From an uncultured Polaribacter sp. (lineage in GTDB: Bacteria; Bacteroidota; Bacteroidia; Flavobacteriales; Flavobacteriaceae): DNA of 55,785 bases. The stretch's first letter is position 1. Every line of letters starts with the position of its first letter. The notes beneath the pieces were generated by a model that ran no database searches, had not been told where the DNA came from, and saw only the letters and a program-made list of their open reading frames with translations. Made by a program: the position numbers and the translations under genes. Positions 1 through 8,479 of the stretch are shown here, in pieces. Where the stretch lies: the NCBI GenBank assembly GCA_913050305.1, contig CAJXAS010000001.1, positions 1-55,785 of the forward strand, written 5' to 3'.

Positions 1-910
1 TATACGGAATCTTTATCTGTTTGCTGTAGGTGTTAAAATCTGAATACCGAATTTTTATACTTATAACTCCCGTTAATTTATTGCCTTTTCTTAGTTGATA
101 CGCTAAGTTTTCTGCCATTGCAAATAGAGTTGCTTTTAGTTTTACCATATCAATAGTATCTTTGTTGTAGGTTCTTTCTGTAGATAAAGATTTGCGTTCA
201 TGAAAAGCAATAATTGGCGGATTGTCAATGCCATTTGCACGTTTCCAAATCGTTTTTCCGTTAGCACCTAAAACACTCACCATCATTTCTAAAGGCATTT
301 CTTGAATAATCTTTACTTTATCTACTCCAAGATTTCTTAATGTTTGATAGGTTTTATTTCCAACAGAAGGTATTTTCCGAATAGATAAAGGCGCTAGAAA
401 GTCTTTCTCAAAACCTACATTAATTAATAATTGATTGTTCGGTTTTGCTTCGCCAGTAGCTACTTTAGAAACTATTTTATTTTGTGACATTCCGAAGGAA
501 ATAGGTAATCCTGTTTCTTTGATAATAGTTTGTCGCAATTCAGAAGCATACTTATAGCTTCCAAAAAAAGCATCCATACCTGTAAGATCTGCATAGAACT
601 CATCAATACTTGCTTTTTCGAAAATAGGTACTTTCTCTTTGATGATTTCTGTGACTAAATTAGAATATCTAGAATACGTACCTGTATCTCCTCGAATGGT
701 AATTGCTTCCGGACACAGTCTTTTGGCAATTTTCATAGACATGCCAGAGTGTACGCCAAATCGTCTTGTTTCGTAACTACAAGCCGCAACAACACCTCGG
801 TCTCCAGTACCACCAACTAACAAAGGTTTTTTTTGTAACCTACTGTCAATCAATCGTTCACAAGAGACGAAGAAAGTATCTAAATCGAGATGTAAAATAT
901 TTTTTTCCAC
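1..910 (-). CDS. dinB: DNA polymerase IV (Y-family), 3' end runs off the window
   Basis: Not in ORF track. Manual minus-strand reading from GTG at 910 gives MEKNILHLDLDTFFVSCERL...LVGGTGDRGVVAACSYETRRFGVHSGM...SIDEFY, the canonical DinB motifs. Confidence 0.93.
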   Translation of the reverse strand, partial: MEKNILHLDLDTFFVSCERLIDSRLQKKPLLVGGTGDRGVVAACSYETRRFGVHSGMSMKIAKRLCPEAITIRGDTGTYSRYSNLVTEIIKEKVPIFEKASIDEFYADLTGMDAFFGSYKYASELRQTIIKETGLPISFGMSQNKIVSKVATGEAKPNNQLLINVGFEKDFLAPLSIRKIPSVGNKTYQTLRNLGVDKVKIIQEMPLEMMVSVLGANGKTIWKRANGIDNPPIIAFHERKSLSTERTYNKDTIDMVKLKATLFAMAENLAYQLRKGNKLTGVISIKIRYSDFNTYSKQIKIPY

Positions 911-914
911 AGTA

Positions 915-959
915 CAAAATTAGCTACAAATTCGTACATTTGTTGCTCAATATTGTAGC
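915..959. promoter_or_regulatory. Divergent promoter region with candidate operator
   Basis: Bacteroidota -7 boxes on both strands (TAATTTTG on minus at 922-915; TACATTTG on plus at 935-942). Inverted repeat GCTACAA (923-929) / TTGTAGC (953-959). Confidence 0.6.
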
Positions 960-962
960 ATT

Positions 963-1736
963 ATGAATAATTTATCAAAAAATATAAAACATTTAAGAGG
1001 GTTAAAGAAGTTAACACAAGAGTCTTTGGCAGAAGAATTATCTGTAACAAGATCAAGAATAAGTTCTTATGAAGAGAACAGGTCTTCACCAACCATCGAT
1101 TTTTTAATTGATTTTTCTGCATATTTTAGGATTCCAATTGATATTATCATAAAAAACGATTTGACAAAAGCAAAAGATGTTTCTTTTATTGAAGTAGGAA
1201 ATAAAAGAGTCTTGTTTCCTATCACGGTAGATCATGATAATGAGAATTTAATTGAAATTATTCCTTCTAAAGCATCTGCAGGATATTTATTAGGATATGA
1301 CGACCCCGAATATATAGAACAATTAGAAAAAATAAAGTTGCCCTTTTTACCTACCGGAAAACATAGGGCTTTTCCCATAAAAGGAGATTCTATGCTGCCA
1401 ATGAAAGATGGTTCTTATGTAGTTGCAGAGTTTGTAGAAGATATTAAAAATGCAAAAAGCGGGTATTCTTATATTGTTGTCACAAAAGATGATGGAATGA
1501 CGTATAAGCGTTTAGACAATTTAATAGAGGAGAAGCAATCTTTTTTATTGAAGCCAGACAACTCTAGCTACCAGGCTTACGAAGTACCTGTTGCTGAGGT
1601 TTTAGAATTATGGAAATTTACCTGTAGCATTAATACACAAGAATATGAAGAACATGAGTTAAAACTGAGTAGCATTATACAGATGTTTAACGGCTTAGGA
1701 GTAGAGTTAGAAGCTTTAAAGAAATCTTTGGTTTAA
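963..1736 (+). CDS. XRE-HTH + S24 peptidase transcriptional repressor (LexA/CI-like)
   Basis: N-terminal Cro/CI HTH (LTQESLAEELSVTRSRISSYE), Ala-Gly candidate cleavage site (ASAG), catalytic Ser (GDSM) and Lys (TYKR). Confidence 0.88.
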   Translation: MNNLSKNIKHLRGLKKLTQESLAEELSVTRSRISSYEENRSSPTIDFLIDFSAYFRIPIDIIIKNDLTKAKDVSFIEVGNKRVLFPITVDHDNENLIEIIPSKASAGYLLGYDDPEYIEQLEKIKLPFLPTGKHRAFPIKGDSMLPMKDGSYVVAEFVEDIKNAKSGYSYIVVTKDDGMTYKRLDNLIEEKQSFLLKPDNSSYQAYEVPVAEVLELWKFTCSINTQEYEEHELKLSSIIQMFNGLGVELEALKKSLV

Positions 1737-2034
1737 GGTTTTGATATTTTTTTAGGGTGAGACACACGTAATGCTATTAGTTAAAAACGTGTGTTAGTGT
1801 AGTTATACTTCTCATATTAAATTATTTTTTCTTTTAAATTACTAATATTATTTATTTATATAAAACCTGATAGCGCAGATTTGTAATCTATACCAATATT
1901 TATTTCAATAATATCTTTAACTCATTATTATGAGAGAAAGATGCTTGCACTAGCCTTTATTTAATACTCTTAGATAGCATAAATTTATTGTGTTTAATTT
2001 TGAAAAGAAAGGTAATAAAATTTGAATATGGAGC

Positions 2035-2067
2035 AAAAAAAAACAGTTTAGAGTGAACTAAACTGTT
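2035..2067 (-). terminator. Intrinsic terminator downstream of tRNA-Met
   Basis: AACAGTTTAG-agtgaa-CTAAACTGTT hairpin with A-run on the plus strand (U-tail on minus). Confidence 0.7.
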
Positions 2068-2090
2068 GTTTTGTAATTGGTTAAAATTTG

Positions 2091-2164
2091 TAGCGAGAAC
2101 GGGATTTGAACCCGTGACCTCAGGGTTATGAATCCTGCGCTCTAACCAACTGAGCTACCTCGCC
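2091..2164 (-). tRNA. tRNA-Met (CAT), probably elongator; CCA not encoded
   Basis: Reverse complement GGCGAGGTAGCTCAGTTGGTTAGAGCGCAGGATTCATAACCCTGAGGTCACGGGTTCAAATCCCGTTCTCGCTA folds as a cloverleaf with anticodon CAT and GTTCAA T-loop. -7 box TATATTTG at 2188-2181. Confidence 0.95.
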
Positions 2165-2274
2165 ATTGTTTTTGCGAGTGCAAATATAATTACTTTTTAT
2201 AGATTATCAACATGTGTTTTTAATTTTTTTTACATAGAATTAATAGCTATATTGCTCGCTTAACAAAATTAATA

Positions 2275-2658
2275 ATGGAAAAAATACAATTTGAATTAGA
2301 AATCCCTATTCATGCATCTCCAAACATGCTATATCAATATATTTCTTCACCCTCTAATTTACAAGAGTGGTTTGCAGACAAGGTAAACTCTAGGGGTAAA
2401 ATATTTAGTTTTGTATGGGAAGGTACTGAAGAGTTAGCTGAATTGGTAATAAAAAAGGCAAACGAAAGAATTCGTTGGAAATGGTTAGAAAGTGAAGGAG
2501 ATCATAGCTTTTTTGAAATTAGAATTGAAGTAGATGCCTTAACAAAAGATGTTTCTTTAATTGTTACAGATTTCGCAGATGATGAAGATGAAGTAGAGGA
2601 GTCTAAACAACTTTGGGAGAACCAAATAGAAGAATTAAGACATACAATCGGTGCTTAA
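2275..2658 (+). CDS. START-like / SRPBCC domain protein
   Basis: 127 aa with LQEWFADKV...F.W pattern typical of the Bacteroidota START_2 family. Confidence 0.8.
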   Translation: MEKIQFELEIPIHASPNMLYQYISSPSNLQEWFADKVNSRGKIFSFVWEGTEELAELVIKKANERIRWKWLESEGDHSFFEIRIEVDALTKDVSLIVTDFADDEDEVEESKQLWENQIEELRHTIGA

Positions 2659-2690
2659 GGTATACTAAAAGGAATACTAAAAAGAATATT

Positions 2691-2718
2691 AAAAACCAGC
2701 AGAATTGCTGGTTTTTTT
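2691..2718 (+). terminator. Intrinsic terminator
   Basis: ACCAGCA-gaat-TGCTGGT followed by a T-run. Confidence 0.8.
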
Positions 2719-2771
2719 ATCTTTAAAATCTAAGTAATTGTAGTAATTTTGTAATTCTTAAAAATAAAGTA

Positions 2772-3605
2772 ATGATTAATTTTAACGGTGAATTATTATT
2801 CAAAGAAAACATAAAATTAACTACAGATAATAGAGGTTTTAAATACGGAGACGGCATTTTTGAAACGATCAAAGTAGTACACAAAAAAGTAATTTTTTGG
2901 GAAGACCATTATTTTAGATTAATGGCATCTATGAGAATGTTACGTATGAAAATTCCGATGGAGTTTACATTAGAATTCTTAGAAAAAGAAATTTTAAAAA
3001 CAGTGGATGTTTTAGAAGACGGTGCTAGCTTTCGAGTTCGTTTAAATGTTTTTAGAAAAGACGGTGGTTTGTACACTCCAAAAACGAACGCTATTAATTA
3101 TCTTATTGAAGCATCAGAAAGTAATTATAAAACTAAAGAAACCTACGAAATAGATGTTTTTAAAGATTTCTACAATTATTCTGGTTTATTATCTACAATA
3201 AAAACAAATAATAGGATGCTAAACACATTGGCAAGTATTTATGCCAATGAAAACGATCTGGATAACTGTATTTTAGTTAATGAGCGCAAAGGTGTTGTAG
3301 AAGTTGCCAATGCAAATATCTTTATTGTTAAGAATAACATTGTTAAAACACCTGCCTTAACAGAAGGTTGTATTAAAGGTGTTGTTAGAAGTAAAGTGAT
3401 AGATATTTTGATTAAAAACAAGGATTTTACTATTGAAGAGACTGTTATATCTCCTTTTGAAATTCAGAAAGCAGACGAGGTTTTTATTACCAATGCAATT
3501 ATGGGCATTCAAGCAGTAACTAAATATAAGAAGAAGTCTTTTAATACAGATTTAGCAGGTAAGTTACATGCTAGCTTAAAAGTTTTACAGATTACAGGAA
3601 TTTAG
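2772..3605 (+). CDS. Class IV PLP aminotransferase (aminodeoxychorismate lyase / BCAT-like)
   Basis: RGFKYGDGIFETI, HYFRL, Lys in IKTNN, GCIKGVVR, ADEVFITNA. Confidence 0.85.
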   Translation: MINFNGELLFKENIKLTTDNRGFKYGDGIFETIKVVHKKVIFWEDHYFRLMASMRMLRMKIPMEFTLEFLEKEILKTVDVLEDGASFRVRLNVFRKDGGLYTPKTNAINYLIEASESNYKTKETYEIDVFKDFYNYSGLLSTIKTNNRMLNTLASIYANENDLDNCILVNERKGVVEVANANIFIVKNNIVKTPALTEGCIKGVVRSKVIDILIKNKDFTIEETVISPFEIQKADEVFITNAIMGIQAVTKYKKKSFNTDLAGKLHASLKVLQITGI

Positions 3606-4159
3606 TTGAGGTTAAAATCTTTTGGTGCATTTGCCCAAAGCTTATAATTTCCACCTTTTTCTAGCAATTTATTTTTCCAAAGGCTCTCTTCATCGTTAGA
3701 AAAGATATTGTCAAAATCATTTTCTGCAACAAACCAAGAATTCTCTTCGAGTTCTTCTGTTAGTTGATCTTTGTCCCAACCAGAATATCCTAGAAAAAAG
3801 CGAATTTCAGATGCTGCTAATGTTCCTTCATTTAATAAGCTTTTGAGCTGTTCAAAATTCCCACCCCAAAAAACACCATTTGAAACCTCTACACTATCAT
3901 CTAATAGTTGTGGTATTCTATGCACAAAGTATAAGTTATCTTGCTCTACAGGGCCACCTTGGTAGATGTTAAAAGAACAATTTATGTCTGGTAATAAATC
4001 GTTAATACTATACTCCAATGGTTTATTTAAAATAAAACCTACAGAATTAGTTGCTGTATGCTCAGTTAATAAGACAATAGCTCTATTAAAAGAATTATCA
4101 TTTAGAATGGCGGGTTCTGCAACTAATAACCTGCCTTTTTTAGGGTGTAGTTTAGACAT
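3602..4159 (-). CDS. YqgE/AlgH family protein
   Basis: GRLLVAEP, F.RAIVLL.EH, GFILNKP, GGPV, FFLGYSGW...QL..E. Start trimmed to the ATG at 4159. Confidence 0.9.
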   Translation of the reverse strand: MSKLHPKKGRLLVAEPAILNDNSFNRAIVLLTEHTATNSVGFILNKPLEYSINDLLPDINCSFNIYQGGPVEQDNLYFVHRIPQLLDDSVEVSNGVFWGGNFEQLKSLLNEGTLAASEIRFFLGYSGWDKDQLTEELEENSWFVAENDFDNIFSNDEESLWKNKLLEKGGNYKLWANAPKDFNLN

Positions 4160-4196
4160 GTAATTTTTTTTATTAAATATAATGAAAATTTTAAAC

Positions 4197-4225
4197 AAAA
4201 AAAACTCTCTAAGAAGAGAGTTTTT
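4197..4225. terminator. Intrinsic terminator after hup
   Basis: AAAACTCTCT-aaga-AGAGAGTTTT hairpin with A/T tails on both sides. Confidence 0.75.
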
Positions 4226-4247
4226 ATATAATTTAAAACTGTAATTC

Positions 4248-4520
4248 TTAGTTTACTGCTTCGCTTAATCCAGCTCCAGCTTTAAACTTTGCTACATTTT
4301 TAGCAGCAATTTGAATTGTTTTTCCAGTTTGAGGATTTCTTCCACTTCTTGCAGCTCTATTAGATACAGAGAAAGTTCCGAAACCAACTAAAGCAACTTT
4401 TTCACCTTTCTTTAAAGAAGATGTTACGTTACCTGTAAAAGATTCTAATGCTGCTTTAGCAGCTACTTTAGAAATTCCTGCGTCAGCAGCGATTGCATCG
4501 ATTAAATCTGATTTGTTCAT
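4248..4520 (-). CDS. hup: HU DNA-binding protein
   Basis: MNKSDLI...GFGTF...GRNPQTG. Confidence 0.97.
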   Translation of the reverse strand: MNKSDLIDAIAADAGISKVAAKAALESFTGNVTSSLKKGEKVALVGFGTFSVSNRAARSGRNPQTGKTIQIAAKNVAKFKAGAGLSEAVN

Positions 4521-4709
4521 AATAAATTGATTTTTTAATTATTAAATAATGTTGTTTTTTGCTTAATAGCTTAACAAATATAGACGGATTGTGGGCTTAC
4601 GCAAATTTGAGTGCTAAAAAACCCCCTTTTTGTTAATAAAAGTAGGCCAATTGTTAACAAACCTAGTGTTGTAAATCGAAAAACGCTACAAACCCTACTC
4701 ATAAAGGCT

Positions 4710-5654
4710 TTACAACATTTTAGCTTCTGATGAGAAAGAATACCCATTTAGTAAACTTTTAGCATCCATTTTTTTCTTACCAGAAAGTTTAATTTCTTCT
4801 ATGATTATGTATCCTTTACTAACAGCTACTTTTAATTCTTTTTTGGTAGCAATTATTCTTCCGAAGGTAAAATTATGATCTGCTATTTCTTTCTTAATAG
4901 CGTAAATTTTAGTAGAAATCTCTTCGTCGTTATTTTTAATAAGTGTCCAAGCTGCAGGAAAAGGGTTTAAACCTCTAATTTTATTATAAATACTATCTAA
5001 AGAATCAGACCAATCTATTCTCGTATTATCAGGATTTAATTTAGGAGCAGATTTTTCTTCTAAATCTGGTTGTTTTGTTGTCTTTACATTCCCCTTACTA
5101 ATATAGTCTACTGTTTTAGAAACTAAGCTTGCACCTAAGTGCATTAATTTATCGTGCAGACTGCCAACGGTTTCATCAGGTAAAACTTCAATTTCTTCTT
5201 GTAGGATAATTTCACCAGTATCAATTTTATCATCAATAAAGAAACTAGTAGCGCCTGTTTTTGTTTCTCCATTAATGATAGCCCAATGTATAGGAGCAGC
5301 ACCTCTATAGGAAGGTAACAAAGAAGCATGTAAATTAAAGGTACCAAATTCGGGCATTTTCCAAACGGCTTTTGGCAACATTCTAAAAGCAACCACAATT
5401 TGTAAATTAGCATTTAAAGCCTTTAATTCCTGCAAGAAGTCTTCATTCTTTAAGTTATGAGGTTGTAGAATGTTTAGGTTTTGAGAGTGTGCATATTTTT
5501 TTACTGCAGATTCATTTAGTTTTCTTCCTCTTCCTGCCGGTTTATCTGGTGCAGTAATAACACCAGCAATAGTATACTTATTTTCTACTAAACGTTTTAA
5601 AATGGTTACAGCAAAATCTGGTGTACCCATAAAAATAATGCGCAAATCTCTCAT
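4710..5654 (-). CDS. fmt: Methionyl-tRNA formyltransferase
   Basis: IFMGTPDFA, PDKPAGRG, NLHASLLP.YRGAAPI. Confidence 0.97.
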   Translation of the reverse strand: MRDLRIIFMGTPDFAVTILKRLVENKYTIAGVITAPDKPAGRGRKLNESAVKKYAHSQNLNILQPHNLKNEDFLQELKALNANLQIVVAFRMLPKAVWKMPEFGTFNLHASLLPSYRGAAPIHWAIINGETKTGATSFFIDDKIDTGEIILQEEIEVLPDETVGSLHDKLMHLGASLVSKTVDYISKGNVKTTKQPDLEEKSAPKLNPDNTRIDWSDSLDSIYNKIRGLNPFPAAWTLIKNNDEEISTKIYAIKKEIADHNFTFGRIIATKKELKVAVSKGYIIIEEIKLSGKKKMDAKSLLNGYSFSSEAKML

Positions 5655-5656
5655 AA

Positions 5657-7552
5657 TTATGTTTTTAGTTGAAATTTATTTTGATTATTGATTGCTATCT
5701 CGTCTTCAGATAACAAAACGTGCAAATGTATTAAAATGTCTTTTTCAATAATATTTAAAAGACTACTAATTTCTTTGGAAGACAATTGTCTTTTTTCTTT
5801 TAAAAGAGCAATTATTTTTGATGGTAGGTGTTTTGTATCTATTTTTTTATTTCCAATACAAACGTCGCAAATACCACACGTGCTTTCTTTCTCTTCATCA
5901 AAATAAGAAAGTAACTGTGTACTTCTACAAACTTTATTATTAGTAACAAACTCTATAAAATGTATAGCTTTTTCTTTCTTTAAATATAAGAACTGTTTTA
6001 TTTCTTTAGAAAAGCGATTAATTGTTTTATCATCTTCCCTTGGCAATAAGAAAGTTAAAGAAATAGTTCCGTTTACCGGAGTGTAGGTTACTAAGTGTTG
6101 TTCTTCTAATATTTTCAAGTTCTTCATTACTTGAGTAGAAGTAATACCTGCTTTTTTAGCAAGAAAAAACTCATCTATTTTTATTTCATCTTCAAAAAGC
6201 CCACCGTATGTTCTTAAAAGTACATTTATAAAATTCTTAAAAGCGCTGTTGTTTTTAGAGAAATTTAAAACCGTGTAGTGCGTTCCAATAACTTTTAAGG
6301 TAGATCTTTTATTGAAACTAGTATTCATCTCAATAATTCCGTAGTTAACCAATAGCTTTAGAATTATATCTGTTTTTAAAACTTGAAAATTATATTTTTT
6401 ACAGAATTCAAGGAAATTAAACGAGAAGGTTTCTTCTAAAAGTTCTCCGTTTGCAATTCTAAAAAACTGATATAATTTTTGATGAACTGCTTTAACCTCT
6501 AAAATACTAGGTATGGAGTTTTCTGTTTGTTGTTGCTGTAAATAAATATCATTCTCATTATATAATAACACCCCAAAAGATTTTTCTTCATTTCTGCCAG
6601 CTCTTCCTGTTTCTTGAACGTAGTTTTCTGTACTAGAAGGTAAATTATAATGAATTACTAAACCTACATTTGGTTTGTCTATTCCCATTCCAAAGGCATT
6701 TGTAGCAATAATAATAGGTTTTTTTTCAGTCATCCAATCGTTAAAAGCAGTTTGTTTTTCTAAGGTAGACAAACCTGCATGGTAAAACGTGCTTTTAAAA
6801 TTATTTGCATTTAAGAAGTTGGCAAGTTCTTCTGTTTTTTTTCTTGAGTTTACATAAATAATAGCAGGAACTTTTGTTTTTGTGAAAATTTGTAGCAATC
6901 TACCTAGTTTGTCTTCAATTTTAAAAACTTGGTACGCTAAATTTTCTCTAAAAAAAGATTTTTTAAATGTCCGGTGGTTAGAAAGTTTTAAGTTATTTGA
7001 AATGTCTGCAAGTACCTTTTTGTTAGCAGTAGCTGTTAAAGCAATAAAAGTAACAACCGGTAGTATTTCTTTTAAAACTTTAATATTCCTGTAAGAAGGT
7101 CTAAAGTCATGGCCCCATTCAGAGATGCAATGCGCTTCATCTATAGCAACTAAGTTTACATCTAATTCTTTTATTTTTTGCTGGATTAAAGTAGACTGTA
7201 ACCTTTCTGGAGAAATGTATAAGAATTTTACTTTTCCAAATTTAATTTGATCAAATAGTGTTACAATTTCATTCTGGTTGCTGCCAGAGGGAATTGTAAC
7301 AGCCTTAATGTTTCTCTTTTTAAGATTTGCTACTTGGTCTTGCATGAGTGCAATTAAAGGCGAAATAACAATACAAACACCTTTTTTTGCCAAAGCAGGT
7401 ATTTGAAAGCAAATAGATTTTCCACCACCAGTTGGCAGCAATGCAATGGCATCTCTGTCTTCTAGTACACAGGTTATAATTTCTTTTTGAGGTACTCTAA
7501 AAGAAGTAAAGCTCCAGTATTCTGCTAATATTTTTTCTGGTGAAATCATCAT
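5657..7552 (-). CDS. recQ: RecQ-family ATP-dependent DNA helicase
   Basis: PTGGGKS, DEAHCISEWGHDFRP, TATA, QETGRAGR, Zn cluster CR...CGICDVC. The ATG at 7552 overlaps the upstream TGA. Confidence 0.92.
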   Translation of the reverse strand: MMISPEKILAEYWSFTSFRVPQKEIITCVLEDRDAIALLPTGGGKSICFQIPALAKKGVCIVISPLIALMQDQVANLKKRNIKAVTIPSGSNQNEIVTLFDQIKFGKVKFLYISPERLQSTLIQQKIKELDVNLVAIDEAHCISEWGHDFRPSYRNIKVLKEILPVVTFIALTATANKKVLADISNNLKLSNHRTFKKSFFRENLAYQVFKIEDKLGRLLQIFTKTKVPAIIYVNSRKKTEELANFLNANNFKSTFYHAGLSTLEKQTAFNDWMTEKKPIIIATNAFGMGIDKPNVGLVIHYNLPSSTENYVQETGRAGRNEEKSFGVLLYNENDIYLQQQQTENSIPSILEVKAVHQKLYQFFRIANGELLEETFSFNFLEFCKKYNFQVLKTDIILKLLVNYGIIEMNTSFNKRSTLKVIGTHYTVLNFSKNNSAFKNFINVLLRTYGGLFEDEIKIDEFFLAKKAGITSTQVMKNLKILEEQHLVTYTPVNGTISLTFLLPREDDKTINRFSKEIKQFLYLKKEKAIHFIEFVTNNKVCRSTQLLSYFDEEKESTCGICDVCIGNKKIDTKHLPSKIIALLKEKRQLSSKEISSLLNIIEKDILIHLHVLLSEDEIAINNQNKFQLKT

Positions 7553-8088
7553 TCGCAAGAAAGCGAATTAATAATAAAATTCGTACGTTCTTCAACAGAA
7601 CCAAAAGGGACATTAATTAGCTCATACCCTAATTCTGAATACGCTGTTATGAGAAAAGTATCAATCTTTACAGATTCCTCAAAAGATTCATAGCGTTCAT
7701 TATCTGTGACATGAATTTCTTTCCAAGGAGAAAAATGAAAAATTTTGGTGTATTTATATGCATTGCTTTTTTTGATAAAATAATCAGGATATATAGTGTT
7801 AAAATAATTCATGTACGCATGCACGTCAGGTATTCCTCTGTCAAAAAAAACAATTTCTTCTTTTAAGTTTTGTGCATTGTTGTACTGTTCTTCCCTTCCT
7901 TCTAAAAGCATTTTACTAAAGAGTAATGGCTCTGTTAAAAAAAGTTGTTCAATACCTTCTTTTTTAGCTTTTAGAATAACTTTTCTAGAAACTTCGGGCA
8001 TACAGTAAAAACCTCTTTTAATAAGCTCATTTATAATAGTTGTTTTCCCCGTTCCAGGACCACCAATAAGAACAATTTTTTGTTGCAT
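7549..8088 (-). CDS. AAA_28 / NadR-like P-loop ATPase
   Basis: GGPGTGKTT Walker A, DRG.PD, D.ER.E motifs. Likely ATG at 8088. Confidence 0.8.
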   Translation of the reverse strand: MQQKIVLIGGPGTGKTTIINELIKRGFYCMPEVSRKVILKAKKEGIEQLFLTEPLLFSKMLLEGREEQYNNAQNLKEEIVFFDRGIPDVHAYMNYFNTIYPDYFIKKSNAYKYTKIFHFSPWKEIHVTDNERYESFEESVKIDTFLITAYSELGYELINVPFGSVEERTNFIINSLSCE

Positions 8089-8186
8089 CCTACAAAAATA
8101 AATCATTCCCTCTATAAAACTAATTTTTAATGTAGTTTTGTGACCTAAATATTTGTGGACAATTTTGCAGATTTTAACCCTTATCT

Positions 8187-8468
8187 ATGAGTGATAAAGA
8201 TAATTTTTACAGTAAATTAAAGATTCAATTAGATGATACTACAGACTTCCCTGCAGATTATTTGTATAAATTTATAGTACCAGCTTCAGAGAATCAAGTT
8301 ACAGAGGTAGAAAGTGTTTTCAATAATACAGCTGCGGTAATTAATACAAAAAACTCTAAAACGGGCAAATATGTTAGTGTTTCTATAATTTTGAAATTGA
8401 ATTCTTCAGATGAAATTATTGCATATTACAAAAAAGTAGAAAAAATAAAAGGAATTATATCCCTATAA
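8187..8468 (+). CDS. DUF493 (YbeD-like) protein
   Basis: FP.DY.YKFI and SKTGKYVSVSI motifs. Confidence 0.85.
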   Translation: MSDKDNFYSKLKIQLDDTTDFPADYLYKFIVPASENQVTEVESVFNNTAAVINTKNSKTGKYVSVSIILKLNSSDEIIAYYKKVEKIKGIISL

Positions 8469-8479
8469 TAAATTATATA

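Noticed and set aside
766-966. 66-aa plus-strand ORF
   Set aside because: Antisense shadow of the dinB 5' end and its promoter; no recognisable features.
963-1736. Prophage CI repressor
   Set aside because: No phage, integrase or cro genes nearby; the divergent partner is dinB.
2091-2164. Initiator tRNA-fMet assignment
   Set aside because: It lacks the C1:A72 mismatch and the three consecutive G:C anticodon-stem pairs. Ile2(CAT) is not fully excluded without a covariance model.
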